64,000 nucleotides of DNA from Crocinitomicaceae bacterium (GCA_034680045.1 JAXITO010000003.1:37411-101410), one strand, 5' to 3'; numbered from the stretch's first letter, positions 32,156 through 40,984 are shown. Numbers and translations are program-made. The notes: generated by a model not told the origin, from the letters alone.

Positions 32156-33793
32156 ATGAAAAGATTTGTAACATACACTATTCTTGCTAGCGTCCTTTTA
32201 TTAGGCGCTTGCGGCAAAAACCTCAACCAATCGCCAAAATATGGTCTCAATGCTGAGGCTGTTTACAGCGACCCTGATAACTATATTAGAGTGCTTGCTA
32301 AATTATATGCTGGAATGTCCATGACCGGTAATCAAGGCCCAGCTGGTCAGGCTGATATCGCTGGTATTGACGAAGGTTTTTCTGCCTATATGCGCGTGCT
32401 TTGGAATCTTCAAGAATTACCAACCGACGAGGCTAAATGTACTTGGACTGATCCAGGAATTCCTGAATTGAATAAAATCCAATGGAATGCCGATAACGTT
32501 TGGGTTAAAGGAATGTATTACCGCATTTTTTATCAGATTACGCTTTGCAACGAGTTCATCTGGCAGGCGAGTGATGAAAGACTCAATACACGTGGATTTT
32601 CTGCCGCACAACTCAATTCCATCAAGCAAATGCAAATTGAAGCCCGTTATTTACGTGCTTTGTCTTACTACCATGCTATGGATTTATTTGGAAATGTTCC
32701 TTTCGTTACCGAAAAAGATCGCGTTGGTGCATTTTATCCAGAACAAATTCAACGCGCCGATTTATTTGCCTACATAGAATCTGAGCTCAAAGCAATTGAA
32801 GATTTATTGGTTCCAGCTTCTCAAGTGGTATATGGTAGAGCTTCTCAAAGTGCTGCTCATGCCCTAATGGCAAAAATGTATTTGAACGCTGAAACGTATT
32901 TAGGTGCTGGTAATAGTCGAAATACCGAATGTGCTGCCTACTGCGAGAAAATCATCAACTCTAATCAGTTTCAATTAGATGATGTTTATCAAGATCTATT
33001 TTTAGCAGACAACCATACTTCACCTGAAATTATCTTTCCGGTTGTTTACGACGGCTTGTATGCTCAAACATGGGGTGGAACAACCTTCTTAGTGTGCTCT
33101 ACACTTGGCGGTTCCATGAACGCAGCTGAATATGGTGTAAATGGTAAATGGGCAGGCAACCGCACAACACGTTCTTTAGTTCGCTTGTTCAAAGAAGATT
33201 TTGACCAATACTACACATCGCAAGAAATAGAAACAGGTTTTCCAGATATGAAAAATCCTAAACCAATAGATTCTCGTTGGTTGTTCTACACTAAAGGCCA
33301 AAATCCAAATATGCTAAGTTTATCAACCTTTGCACAAGGTTATCCAAATCCAAAATTTAAGAACAAAACAAAAGCTGGTTTGAATGGGTCAAACAATGCG
33401 ACTTCAGCACACGTAGACATCGATTTACCATTATTTCGTTTAGGAGATGTATTCTTAATGTATGCTGAAGCAAAATTCCGTTCAGGTGATGAAGCCACCG
33501 CTCTTCTTTATATGAATAAAATTAGAGAGCGCGCTTATGGCAATACTGCTTACAATTATTCTTCTCTTACTTTAAAAGATTTTCTTGATGAAAGAGCAAG
33601 AGAATTGAATTGGGAGGGTACCCGTAGAACTGACCTTATTCGTTTCAATAAGTTTACAAGTTCCGATTACGTTTGGGCCTTCAAAGGAGGAGATGCTTCA
33701 GGAATGGGTGTAAGTGATAAATACAATCTTTACCCGCTCCCAACCGCAGATATCGTACTTAATCCGAATTTACAACAGAATCCGGGTTACTAA
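32156..33793 (+). CDS. susD: SusD/RagB-family glycan-binding lipoprotein
   Basis: Lipoprotein signal LLLGAC. SusD-like TPR core (RALSYYHAMDLFGNVPF, FLMYAEA) directly downstream of susC. Confidence 0.9.
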   Translation: MKRFVTYTILASVLLLGACGKNLNQSPKYGLNAEAVYSDPDNYIRVLAKLYAGMSMTGNQGPAGQADIAGIDEGFSAYMRVLWNLQELPTDEAKCTWTDPGIPELNKIQWNADNVWVKGMYYRIFYQITLCNEFIWQASDERLNTRGFSAAQLNSIKQMQIEARYLRALSYYHAMDLFGNVPFVTEKDRVGAFYPEQIQRADLFAYIESELKAIEDLLVPASQVVYGRASQSAAHALMAKMYLNAETYLGAGNSRNTECAAYCEKIINSNQFQLDDVYQDLFLADNHTSPEIIFPVVYDGLYAQTWGGTTFLVCSTLGGSMNAAEYGVNGKWAGNRTTRSLVRLFKEDFDQYYTSQEIETGFPDMKNPKPIDSRWLFYTKGQNPNMLSLSTFAQGYPNPKFKNKTKAGLNGSNNATSAHVDIDLPLFRLGDVFLMYAEAKFRSGDEATALLYMNKIRERAYGNTAYNYSSLTLKDFLDERARELNWEGTRRTDLIRFNKFTSSDYVWAFKGGDASGMGVSDKYNLYPLPTADIVLNPNLQQNPGY

Positions 33794-33818
33794 TATAAAA
33801 GATGTTGATTGATGGAAA

Positions 33819-33850
33819 GGGGGGAGTTTTCGAACTCTCCCTTTTTTTAT
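33819..33850. terminator. Bidirectional hairpin between the convergent susD and DUF2490-like genes
   Basis: GGGAGTT-TTCG-AACT(CT)CCC followed by TTTTTTT on the plus strand, with AAA on the other side. Confidence 0.6.
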
Positions 33851-33868
33851 GCAGGAAATTGATATAGA

Positions 33869-34549
33869 CTAGAGTTGGATGCCATAAGAAATCCTTCCCA
33901 AAGGCTGGATTCCACTAGAACGTTCCCGCAAACCAATTTGTAATTTGAGACTTTGTTTTTTGGGTAGTTCTATTTGTGTGCCGATAAAATAGCGCCATTG
34001 CACGGTTGAACCGGTTACTAAAACCTCAGTTGGTGTGTATACGACATTTGCATTCCAGCGGTAAAAATGTTCGGCGCTGATTTGTGGACTCAATGGAAAA
34101 TTTTTGATATCATAGCTCAGGCTGAGTTTATTGCGCCAGATACTACTCATTTGTTTGCCAGTTTGTATGCTCCACTGTTGCGTAGAGCTCCAAGAAAGGT
34201 CTAGGCGCTTAGGGCCAAAGTCAAAAGCATCTAAAATAGAGATATCAGTACCAATTTGAAATCTTTGAGATAAGCGATCGGCTTGGAGTACAAACTGATC
34301 TCCTTTTTCATTGCTCACCAAACGGTAGGCACCCGTGATTTTGATTCCGTCGAGCACTTGATAAGTAGGCCCAACTTCAATATAAAGCCGGTCAAAACCT
34401 ACTCCTAGATTTTGACGTTCGCCAATTTCAAAGGAAGTCTTGAATGCTTTATTCCATTTTTTTGTGATACCTGCATCCAGCCAAAGACCGGTTTGCGCAC
34501 TCGCAATTTGGCAATAAAATAGGATGGGAAGGAGTAATTTTTTCATCAA
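33869..34549 (-). CDS. Predicted outer-membrane beta-barrel protein (DUF2490-like)
   Basis: Signal peptide ending ASAQ, alternating beta-strand pattern, aromatic-rich strands, ends ...ISYGIQL. The DUF2490 assignment is from memory of the family pattern and is not verified. Confidence 0.5.
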   Translation of the reverse strand: MMKKLLLPILFYCQIASAQTGLWLDAGITKKWNKAFKTSFEIGERQNLGVGFDRLYIEVGPTYQVLDGIKITGAYRLVSNEKGDQFVLQADRLSQRFQIGTDISILDAFDFGPKRLDLSWSSTQQWSIQTGKQMSSIWRNKLSLSYDIKNFPLSPQISAEHFYRWNANVVYTPTEVLVTGSTVQWRYFIGTQIELPKKQSLKLQIGLRERSSGIQPLGRISYGIQL

Positions 34550-35325
34550 AAGTAAATTTGAAGTTGCCCAATATCTTTGATGCTTTCTTTTACTTCGATG
34601 AGTACATTCTGACTCACTTCTTCAGGCATATTTGAGCTATTTGCTTGATCGCCTACAACATAAACCTTATAGTTGCCTACTTGCAGATTTTCAAAAATAA
34701 ATTCTCCATTTGGATTTGTCCGTACATCTTCGCTTGGATTGGTGTCGTCTCCATAGCAGATATAAACACGTTTTTCGGCTATAGGCACAAGCGCTGTGCT
34801 TACAAAATTTGCACTGCCTTGATTGGCGACATCCGTTGCGAAATTGGTTGTTCCGTTGTCGAGGTCAGCAATGTCATTGGCTTGCTTGTATACCAAAGTG
34901 AGCATATCTTGACTCAAGGTCATAGTGAAATTTAATGGGCTAATTGTAGCCAATTTATTTTTGACAGCTTGCGCAATTTCTAAATTAGAGTCGCTGTAAT
35001 TAAATACAACTTCAAGACCGATTCTTCCTGCAAGTCCGGGATCAGCAGCGGAAACCCAATTTGGGTTTTTAAAATAAATGTAATAGTTGTCGTTGTTACT
35101 CACCTTATTGAGTAAGAAATAATCACCGTGTTCGAGTTGCCCTCCTCCGGTAAAAATAAGTTGCTGAATTTCGACTTCGCCAGGGATAAATTCCTTCCCT
35201 ATAACCTTGCCTTTAATAGCTGAAGTTCCGCCAGGGCCTGGATTCTTCTTTACACAAGATGTCGTGTTGGTCAGTAATAGGATGCTGAACAGTGCTATGA
35301 AGCTATTGTTTACTAATTTTTTCAT
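34546..35325 (-). CDS. Lipoprotein of unknown function with carboxypeptidase-regulatory-like beta-sandwich elements
   Basis: Lipobox LLTNTTSC. IKGKVIG near the N-terminus and TNPNGEFIFENLQVGNYKVYVVG near the C-terminus. There is a 4-nt ATGA overlap with the downstream gene. Confidence 0.55.
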   Translation of the reverse strand: MKKLVNNSFIALFSILLLTNTTSCVKKNPGPGGTSAIKGKVIGKEFIPGEVEIQQLIFTGGGQLEHGDYFLLNKVSNNDNYYIYFKNPNWVSAADPGLAGRIGLEVVFNYSDSNLEIAQAVKNKLATISPLNFTMTLSQDMLTLVYKQANDIADLDNGTTNFATDVANQGSANFVSTALVPIAEKRVYICYGDDTNPSEDVRTNPNGEFIFENLQVGNYKVYVVGDQANSSNMPEEVSQNVLIEVKESIKDIGQLQIYF

Positions 35326-37468
35326 GAATGCCTTTATTGGGTTCTGAAATAAAATATATTCCGTTTTTGAGCAGACTCATATCCAAATCAATGGAATTTG
35401 ACTGGTAAGGAATCGTTGATACTTTTTTACCAAATACATCAATTATATTCAATTCTCCTTGGTTAGGTAAACCGGAAATTGTCACTATGGATGAAGTTGG
35501 ATTTGGAAACAATTTAATGGACTCATAATTGAATTCAGAAATACTGGCTGTGCAAGTTCCAAACATATTGGCGTCCATCCAGGCAGTTCGGTTTTGAATC
35601 CAGGTTTTGAGGTAGTTGACCTCAGCTTGATAACTCGTGCCGACAAAGTTGTTGGGCCAAACATATGTGCCTAGAATTGGCCATTTTTGATAGTGGCGCT
35701 CTGCAGGAACAGCTAGAATGGAAGCCATTGAATCGATGTAGTTGAGTAATGACGAATCACTTAAAACAGTTTGTCTGAGGTCTGTCCAGCGGCACTTGAC
35801 CTCATTGGCATAAAGTGGATCTTCGAGCAATCGGTTCCACCAAAATGGATTTTGAAGTTCGCCGCTTCCGCCACAAATGCTGTTAAAGTTAATTTCCCAA
35901 CCAGTTGTATTGCCTCCTTGACAGTAATTGGCGTTGCCCCATGCGATGTTGTAATCCCATAAAGGGCCCGCAACAAGTTTGCCACCTTCGCTAAAGCGCT
36001 GCTTGTGTAAAAAGGTTGAAATGCGGTAGCCGTCTACGTTTTTGGAGAGTTCAGTAATCAAAAAATAGTCAATAAAAGAAGCTACATCGATATATGGTTT
36101 GTAACCTGTCACTGGATTGGTGAAGTTTGGGCTTTTGAGTGCGACTTCCCAGTCTGTAATGTATGCTTGAATGTAAGCTTTTTGTGAGGGATGTATGCTG
36201 TCTATTTCTGGATCGTGAAGCTGATAATGAATAGGGCCCGTGCCTGGTGCTTGGCAGGTGTAAGGTGAGGTCCAGGCGATGACGCCACCGGCTGTGGTTT
36301 TGTCTACCTTGACGATGTATCCGCCGGTTAGATGGTTGTCTAGGGTATCGTTGAAGGTGAGGGGATCAATGTTTACGCGCCCAGGATTGGTTTTGATGCG
36401 TTCCATTAAGACATAAATGCCAATATAGTTGCCATTGAGTACTACCTCGCAAAACTGCGTACGCGGCGTCCAGCGTCCTAATTCATTGCCGAGTTTATAG
36501 GTTAAAACGTTGCGCATGAGTGCTTTGTCGGTATAAGGCGCATAGAGGATCCAGTCGTTGTCTGATGGCCAATCAAAGAGTGATACATTGTAATTGACGG
36601 AGTCGGGCCCACGTGTTTCTAAGCCATAAGATTGCTGTGGAAAGCCACCAGACGACGAACCCCGTTTTTCAATGGCGATTTGGCCATAAAATTCATTGAA
36701 ATTGTCGTTGATTTGATTGACTTGCCCAGGTCCGTTATAAATAATGCCCATCATTGCATCAATTTTAGGCTCATCAGGAATGGCGATGCCGTCGGTGTCG
36801 ATCACGACAATTGGCAACGTTGAGCTGTCAAAAATTGTAGGTGCCACAAACCAAGAAGGTGTTGTGTAAAATGTTTGGTTTGTATTGGATGTGCCGATGC
36901 TCAAAAACGGCCTGCACGTGAAGTCTGAGGAGTTTGTCGTTTGATTGAAAACGGCAATGCATAGCGTATTGTTCCCAGAAAGCAAGATGTTCTGAAATTG
37001 GCTCGGGGCTAGTAAACTAAGTTCAGGTTGTCCATTTTGATACAATTGTGCTTCGTGGGAGATATTTGCCAATGTTGAATAGCTTGGCACTCCTGTTGGA
37101 ATACCGTTTCGGGCTATTTCCGTACCATTGAGATAAACAATGTAGCCGTCGTCGTAGTCCATGTGAATAGCGAGCGCTAGAATGGAGCTAAGGTTGTTAA
37201 TTGTGAAAGATTTGCGCAGAAAAACTGCGGAGGTATTGCTGGGCAGAACCGTAAAATCATCGTTATCGCCAAAGCCAAAACCTCCTTTTGCGCTGATCCA
37301 AGTAGCGTCGTTGAAATTACTACTCTGCCAGTTGTTGGGTGTATTGACATTCGGAATTTGGTATTTCCAAGTGGTGGAATCGTAAAGAATGGTTTCCCAG
37401 TGGTTGAGTTGAGCAAAGCCATTGGCTAAGTTGCTTAAACAGAAAAGGAAAATCAGGATGTAGCGCAT
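35303..37468 (-). CDS. CotH-family protein with an N-terminal jelly-roll-like domain and a T9SS C-terminal sorting domain
   Basis: 721 aa with a signal peptide. N-domain W..F.D..W..GGFGFGD...VFLRKSF...DDGYIVYLNGTEI. CotH blocks IEKRGSSSGGFPQQSYGLE, ALMRNVLTYKLGNELGRWTPRTQFCEVVLNGNYIGIYVLMERIK and GPLWDYNIAWG. Tail IKLFPNPTSSIVTISG...KNGIYFI. Confidence 0.8.
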   Translation of the reverse strand: MRYILIFLFCLSNLANGFAQLNHWETILYDSTTWKYQIPNVNTPNNWQSSNFNDATWISAKGGFGFGDNDDFTVLPSNTSAVFLRKSFTINNLSSILALAIHMDYDDGYIVYLNGTEIARNGIPTGVPSYSTLANISHEAQLYQNGQPELSLLAPSQFQNILLSGNNTLCIAVFNQTTNSSDFTCRPFLSIGTSNTNQTFYTTPSWFVAPTIFDSSTLPIVVIDTDGIAIPDEPKIDAMMGIIYNGPGQVNQINDNFNEFYGQIAIEKRGSSSGGFPQQSYGLETRGPDSVNYNVSLFDWPSDNDWILYAPYTDKALMRNVLTYKLGNELGRWTPRTQFCEVVLNGNYIGIYVLMERIKTNPGRVNIDPLTFNDTLDNHLTGGYIVKVDKTTAGGVIAWTSPYTCQAPGTGPIHYQLHDPEIDSIHPSQKAYIQAYITDWEVALKSPNFTNPVTGYKPYIDVASFIDYFLITELSKNVDGYRISTFLHKQRFSEGGKLVAGPLWDYNIAWGNANYCQGGNTTGWEINFNSICGGSGELQNPFWWNRLLEDPLYANEVKCRWTDLRQTVLSDSSLLNYIDSMASILAVPAERHYQKWPILGTYVWPNNFVGTSYQAEVNYLKTWIQNRTAWMDANMFGTCTASISEFNYESIKLFPNPTSSIVTISGLPNQGELNIIDVFGKKVSTIPYQSNSIDLDMSLLKNGIYFISEPNKGIHEKISKQ

Positions 37469-39108
37469 TATTCTTGCAATTTACGGGAATTCTTTGCTTT
37501 ATTCATGAAAAATATACTGAATGCGAATAAAATCCAAGATAGAGAAAGCCCTGCAGGCCAGTCGCCATATTTGGTATAAAAAGTTTTGAATGATTGCAAG
37601 GTTACTGTTTGCGCGAAGGAGGTTTTGGTCCAATAGGGTGTTTTCTTGATGATCTTCCCCCTTGGATCAATACTACCGCTCGTACCGGTGTTTGCACTGC
37701 GCAAAACCCAGCGACGGGTTTCAATGGCGCGCAGTCGGGCAAACGAAAAGTGTTGTTTGTAGCCGGGGGTGTTGCCCCACCAACCGTCGTTGGTCAAGAT
37801 ACACAATACTTGCGCACCTTTTTGTACTTGCTGGCGCACGAAATCGCCGTAAATGGACTCATAGCAAATGATGGGCGCCAAAGCAATAGCTGTTTTTTGT
37901 GTAGTATTGAACTTATCGTTATGGATTTGCATTGAAACTTCTAAAACTTTCGGTTCTATTTCTATACCCAAGGTACCCGATGTGCCGCCATTTTCGATGG
38001 CAAGCGCCGAGAGAAAGGGGAGATAAGCAGAAAATGGCACGAGCTCTACACCTGGTACTAATTTGGATTTGTGAGCATACTGTGGCGCTTCTTGTTTGGT
38101 GAGTAACAACGAAGCATTATAGCTTTCATACCACTCGCTCGTATTTGGGATGGGTGTGCTCGCTACAGATTGTTTGTGGTCAAGGATTTGAACTGTTGAG
38201 GCGCCAATGAGTAAGTTGGCACGGTCCCATTTTTGAACTTGATCAGCGAGGCTTTGACCAAAATTATATGTGTGGAGACGGTCTTCTTGAAAAGAAAGTG
38301 GCAAGGCTGTTTCAGGAGCAATGACGAGGTTTGTTTCTGAGGTGACGTGTCGATTGGCAAGCTTGATCAAAGAATCGGCGAAGGCTTCGTTACTTGCACT
38401 CGCTGCAAATTTTTCGGTATACGGATTAATATTGGGTTGGAGAACTACAGCATTTAAATAGTTAGGTTTTTTAACTGCGAAAGATGTAGCAAAGGGAATC
38501 AGGATTTGACTAACCACAATTGGCAAAAGCAAAACACCTATGATGCTGAAAATATGTTGGTTTCTTTTGGGTACGTCTCGATACACATTATATAAACGAA
38601 ACACCAAAAGATTTACCAATAAAACCCAGGCACTGCCGCCGAGCGTTCCGGTCCATTCATACCACTGCACCCAGCCGGTGCGCACCGAAAAATAGTTGCC
38701 TAAAGTGAGCCAAGGCCAAGAGAGGTCCCAGCGGTGGTGGCCGAATTCAAATAAGATCCAGATAGGGATGAGCAGAAGAAAGGAATAACGCGTATTGATT
38801 TTTCTGTCGATGAAACTCCAGGATCCAAATACAAGGGTCATGAGCAGTGCGTTCACAGTGAAGGCAAAAATGCCACCGCTTAATGAGGCATTGGCCACCC
38901 ACCAGGTAGTGCCTAAATTCCAAATTAAGAATGAAAGGTAAATCCAGAGCGCAAGTTTCCAAGGTTTTGCGCCACTCGCTAAAAATTGTTGACGCAATAA
39001 TAAAAGCGGTACAAAGCCAATAAATACGAAAGGTGTAAAACTACCCGTATAGGGAAAGCTTAAAATGAGCAGTGTACTTGATAGGAGTGCAAGGAGGTAA
39101 TTTTTCAT
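37468..39108 (-). CDS. lnt: Apolipoprotein N-acyltransferase
   Basis: 546 aa. Multi-transmembrane N-terminal half plus a CN-hydrolase domain (APIICYESIYGDF, NDGWWGNTPG). The stop codon shares one base with the CotH ATG (TAATG). Confidence 0.88.
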   Translation of the reverse strand: MKNYLLALLSSTLLILSFPYTGSFTPFVFIGFVPLLLLRQQFLASGAKPWKLALWIYLSFLIWNLGTTWWVANASLSGGIFAFTVNALLMTLVFGSWSFIDRKINTRYSFLLLIPIWILFEFGHHRWDLSWPWLTLGNYFSVRTGWVQWYEWTGTLGGSAWVLLVNLLVFRLYNVYRDVPKRNQHIFSIIGVLLLPIVVSQILIPFATSFAVKKPNYLNAVVLQPNINPYTEKFAASASNEAFADSLIKLANRHVTSETNLVIAPETALPLSFQEDRLHTYNFGQSLADQVQKWDRANLLIGASTVQILDHKQSVASTPIPNTSEWYESYNASLLLTKQEAPQYAHKSKLVPGVELVPFSAYLPFLSALAIENGGTSGTLGIEIEPKVLEVSMQIHNDKFNTTQKTAIALAPIICYESIYGDFVRQQVQKGAQVLCILTNDGWWGNTPGYKQHFSFARLRAIETRRWVLRSANTGTSGSIDPRGKIIKKTPYWTKTSFAQTVTLQSFKTFYTKYGDWPAGLSLSWILFAFSIFFMNKAKNSRKLQE

Positions 39109-39125
39109 TCAAGGAAGCGTCTGTC

Positions 39126-39133
39126 CAAAATTA
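39126..39133 (-). promoter_or_regulatory. Candidate -7 promoter box (TAATTTTG) for the lnt operon
   Basis: The minus strand reads TAATTTTG, 17 nt upstream of the lnt ATG. Confidence 0.4.
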
Positions 39134-39184
39134 AGGAATATACTGAGAAACGCGCTTGCTTTTCAACTGAGAAAAAGGAAGGCA

Positions 39185-39214
39185 TAAAAAAAGCTCCCGG
39201 TGGGGGAGCTTTTC
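39185..39214 (-). terminator. Intrinsic terminator after rpmA
   Basis: The minus strand reads AGCTCCC-CCACC-GGGAGCT followed by TTTTTTT. Confidence 0.75.
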
Positions 39215-39232
39215 AATGGGGTGTTATTTGTA

Positions 39233-39502
39233 TTAAGCTTGTGTTGCCTCAAAAGGTACAACTGATACAAATGAACGATTGTCTTTCTTTTTGCGGAATT
39301 CGACAAGACCGTCTGAAAGCGCAAACAAGGTGTGGTCTTTGCCAATACCTACGTTGTTGCCTGGGTGGTGTTGTGTACCACGCTGACGCACGATGATGTT
39401 ACCTGCAATGGCAGCTTGACCACCAAAGATTTTAACACCTAAGCGCTTGCTATGCGATTCACGACCGTTTTTCGAACTACCGACTCCTTTCTTGTGTGCC
39501 AT
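39233..39502 (-). CDS. rpmA: 50S ribosomal protein L27
   Basis: [24 protein letters not shown] is the L27 signature. Confidence 0.97.
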   Translation of the reverse strand: MAHKKGVGSSKNGRESHSKRLGVKIFGGQAAIAGNIIVRQRGTQHHPGNNVGIGKDHTLFALSDGLVEFRKKKDNRSFVSVVPFEATQA

Positions 39503-39534
39503 GGTTTCTTCTATTTAATTCCTGTAAAAGGAAG

Positions 39535-39846
39535 TTATGCTTTGATACTTTTGATTGTGATTGCAGTAAATTGCTGACGGTGTCCGTTCTTCACACGGTA
39601 ACCTTTACGACGTTTTTTCTTGAAAACGATGACTTTGTCACCTTTCACGTGGTCAATAACTTCTGCGGTGATTTTAGCACCTTCTATAGCTGGGGCGCCA
39701 AGGGTTACTTTGCCAGCGTCTTCGATCAATAAAACACGGTCAAATTCTAATTTCTGACCTGCTTCGGCGTCTAGACGGTGTACAAAAACCTTTTGGTCTT
39801 TTTGCACTTTGAACTGCTGCCCTGCTATCTCTACAATTGCGTACAT
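39535..39846 (-). CDS. rplU: 50S ribosomal protein L21
   Basis: [14 protein letters not shown] is the L21 signature. It sits upstream of rpmA. Confidence 0.96.
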   Translation of the reverse strand: MYAIVEIAGQQFKVQKDQKVFVHRLDAEAGQKLEFDRVLLIEDAGKVTLGAPAIEGAKITAEVIDHVKGDKVIVFKKKRRKGYRVKNGHRQQFTAITIKSIKA

Positions 39847-39886
39847 ATAGCTTTATTTAATTGTTAAATAATCCAAAATTGGAGTG

Positions 39887-39894
39887 CAAATATA
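39887..39894 (-). promoter_or_regulatory. Candidate -7 promoter box (TATATTTG) for rplU-rpmA
   Basis: The minus strand reads TATATTTG, 40 nt upstream of the rplU ATG. Confidence 0.45.
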
Positions 39895-39946
39895 GTGTTT
39901 TAAACGTGTACTCCAAAGATTTATCGAGCTTTTCTTACGCCTTTTC

Positions 39947-40858
39947 TTAATTTTTGTTGCTTTTACGCCAATTTATATTGACTAAAAGCACACCTGTAAT
40001 GATCACGAGCATGGCTAATAATTGTTGCCAAACGAAGCGCTCGCCATTCCAAATGCCAATTCCGACCGCAATTATAGGGATGAAATAAGTGACTGTACTA
40101 GCGGCAACTGCTGTTGTTTGTGCAATGATGCGATTGAAAAGAATGACGGCAAAAGCGGTACCGATGAGTCCTAAAATAGCGATATAACCAAAACTCGAAA
40201 GCGCTGCTGTGTTTTGAGAAAAAACTTGAGGCGCATCAAAAATAAAGAGACCTAAAAATGCGGGCAGAAAGGCCATGCTGAAACCTCCTGTTGCGACCTG
40301 CACAGCGCTATACTGACTGAGTTTGTGTTTGATGGTATTCAAGCTAAAGCCGTACAACAACGTAGCGAGTAAAATGGCTAAGGCCGGTGTCAATTGAAAG
40401 CCGCTTTTGACAGGGCTACTCAATAAAATAAGCCAAGAAATACCGCAAAAACCAATGAGTGTTCCAACTATTTGCTGCGAATTGATTTTTGTTTGAAAAA
40501 ACAGCACACCAACAATTATGGTGAAAATAGGCGTGAAGCTGTTCATGATGCCGGCTATTCCGGAGTCCAGGGTTTGTTCGGCATAGGTAAATAAATATGC
40601 TGGAATAAGGTTGCCCCCGAGACCAACAATTGCGAAGAAAAGGAGGTCTCTTTTTTGGTTTAAACTGCGCAACAATTTGGGGAGAAAGGGCAGAAAAACA
40701 ACACTGGCTAGAAAGATCCGGATGCTGGCTACTTGTGCGGAACTAAAAACACTGTGTCCTTCGCTGCTAAACATACCGCGTTTCATCAGGATAAATGAGC
40801 TGCCCCAGATGCATGCTAGGAGCGGAATAAGCAGGTAGCTGAGTTGTTTCTTTTGCAT
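39947..40858 (-). CDS. EamA/DMT-family transporter
   Basis: About 10 predicted transmembrane helices in two EamA-like halves. The tracked start (40864) is a TTG, so I chose the ATG at 40858 (MQKKQLSY). Confidence 0.75.
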   Translation of the reverse strand: MQKKQLSYLLIPLLACIWGSSFILMKRGMFSSEGHSVFSSAQVASIRIFLASVVFLPFLPKLLRSLNQKRDLLFFAIVGLGGNLIPAYLFTYAEQTLDSGIAGIMNSFTPIFTIIVGVLFFQTKINSQQIVGTLIGFCGISWLILLSSPVKSGFQLTPALAILLATLLYGFSLNTIKHKLSQYSAVQVATGGFSMAFLPAFLGLFIFDAPQVFSQNTAALSSFGYIAILGLIGTAFAVILFNRIIAQTTAVAASTVTYFIPIIAVGIGIWNGERFVWQQLLAMLVIITGVLLVNINWRKSNKN

Positions 40859-40861
40859 CTG

Positions 40862-40869
40862 CAAATTTA
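40862..40869 (-). promoter_or_regulatory. Candidate -7 promoter box (TAAATTTG) abutting the EamA start codon
   Basis: The minus strand reads TAAATTTG-CAG-ATG. Confidence 0.3.
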
Positions 40870-40930
40870 GTGTAAATGCGGCGTGAACAAACGGGTTTAA
40901 AATCGGATATTAACAAATTGTTGAAAAAAC

Positions 40931-40946
40931 TCCCACAAATTCCCAC
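40931..40946. repeat. Direct repeat TCCCAC x2 with a 10-bp period (GTGGGA on the minus strand)
   Basis: TCCCACAAATTCCCAC in the EamA/mraZ divergent region. Confidence 0.6.
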
Positions 40947-40984
40947 TTAAGGGTGTCAACCTATTGTAAAACAACGGAATTAGC

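Noticed and set aside
40876-40950. 24-codon ORF (MRREQTGLKSDINKLLKKLPQIPT) in the EamA/mraZ intergenic region.
   Set aside because: It is too short, has no supporting signal, and overlaps the repeat elements, which are more plausibly regulatory DNA. It cannot be supported from sequence alone.
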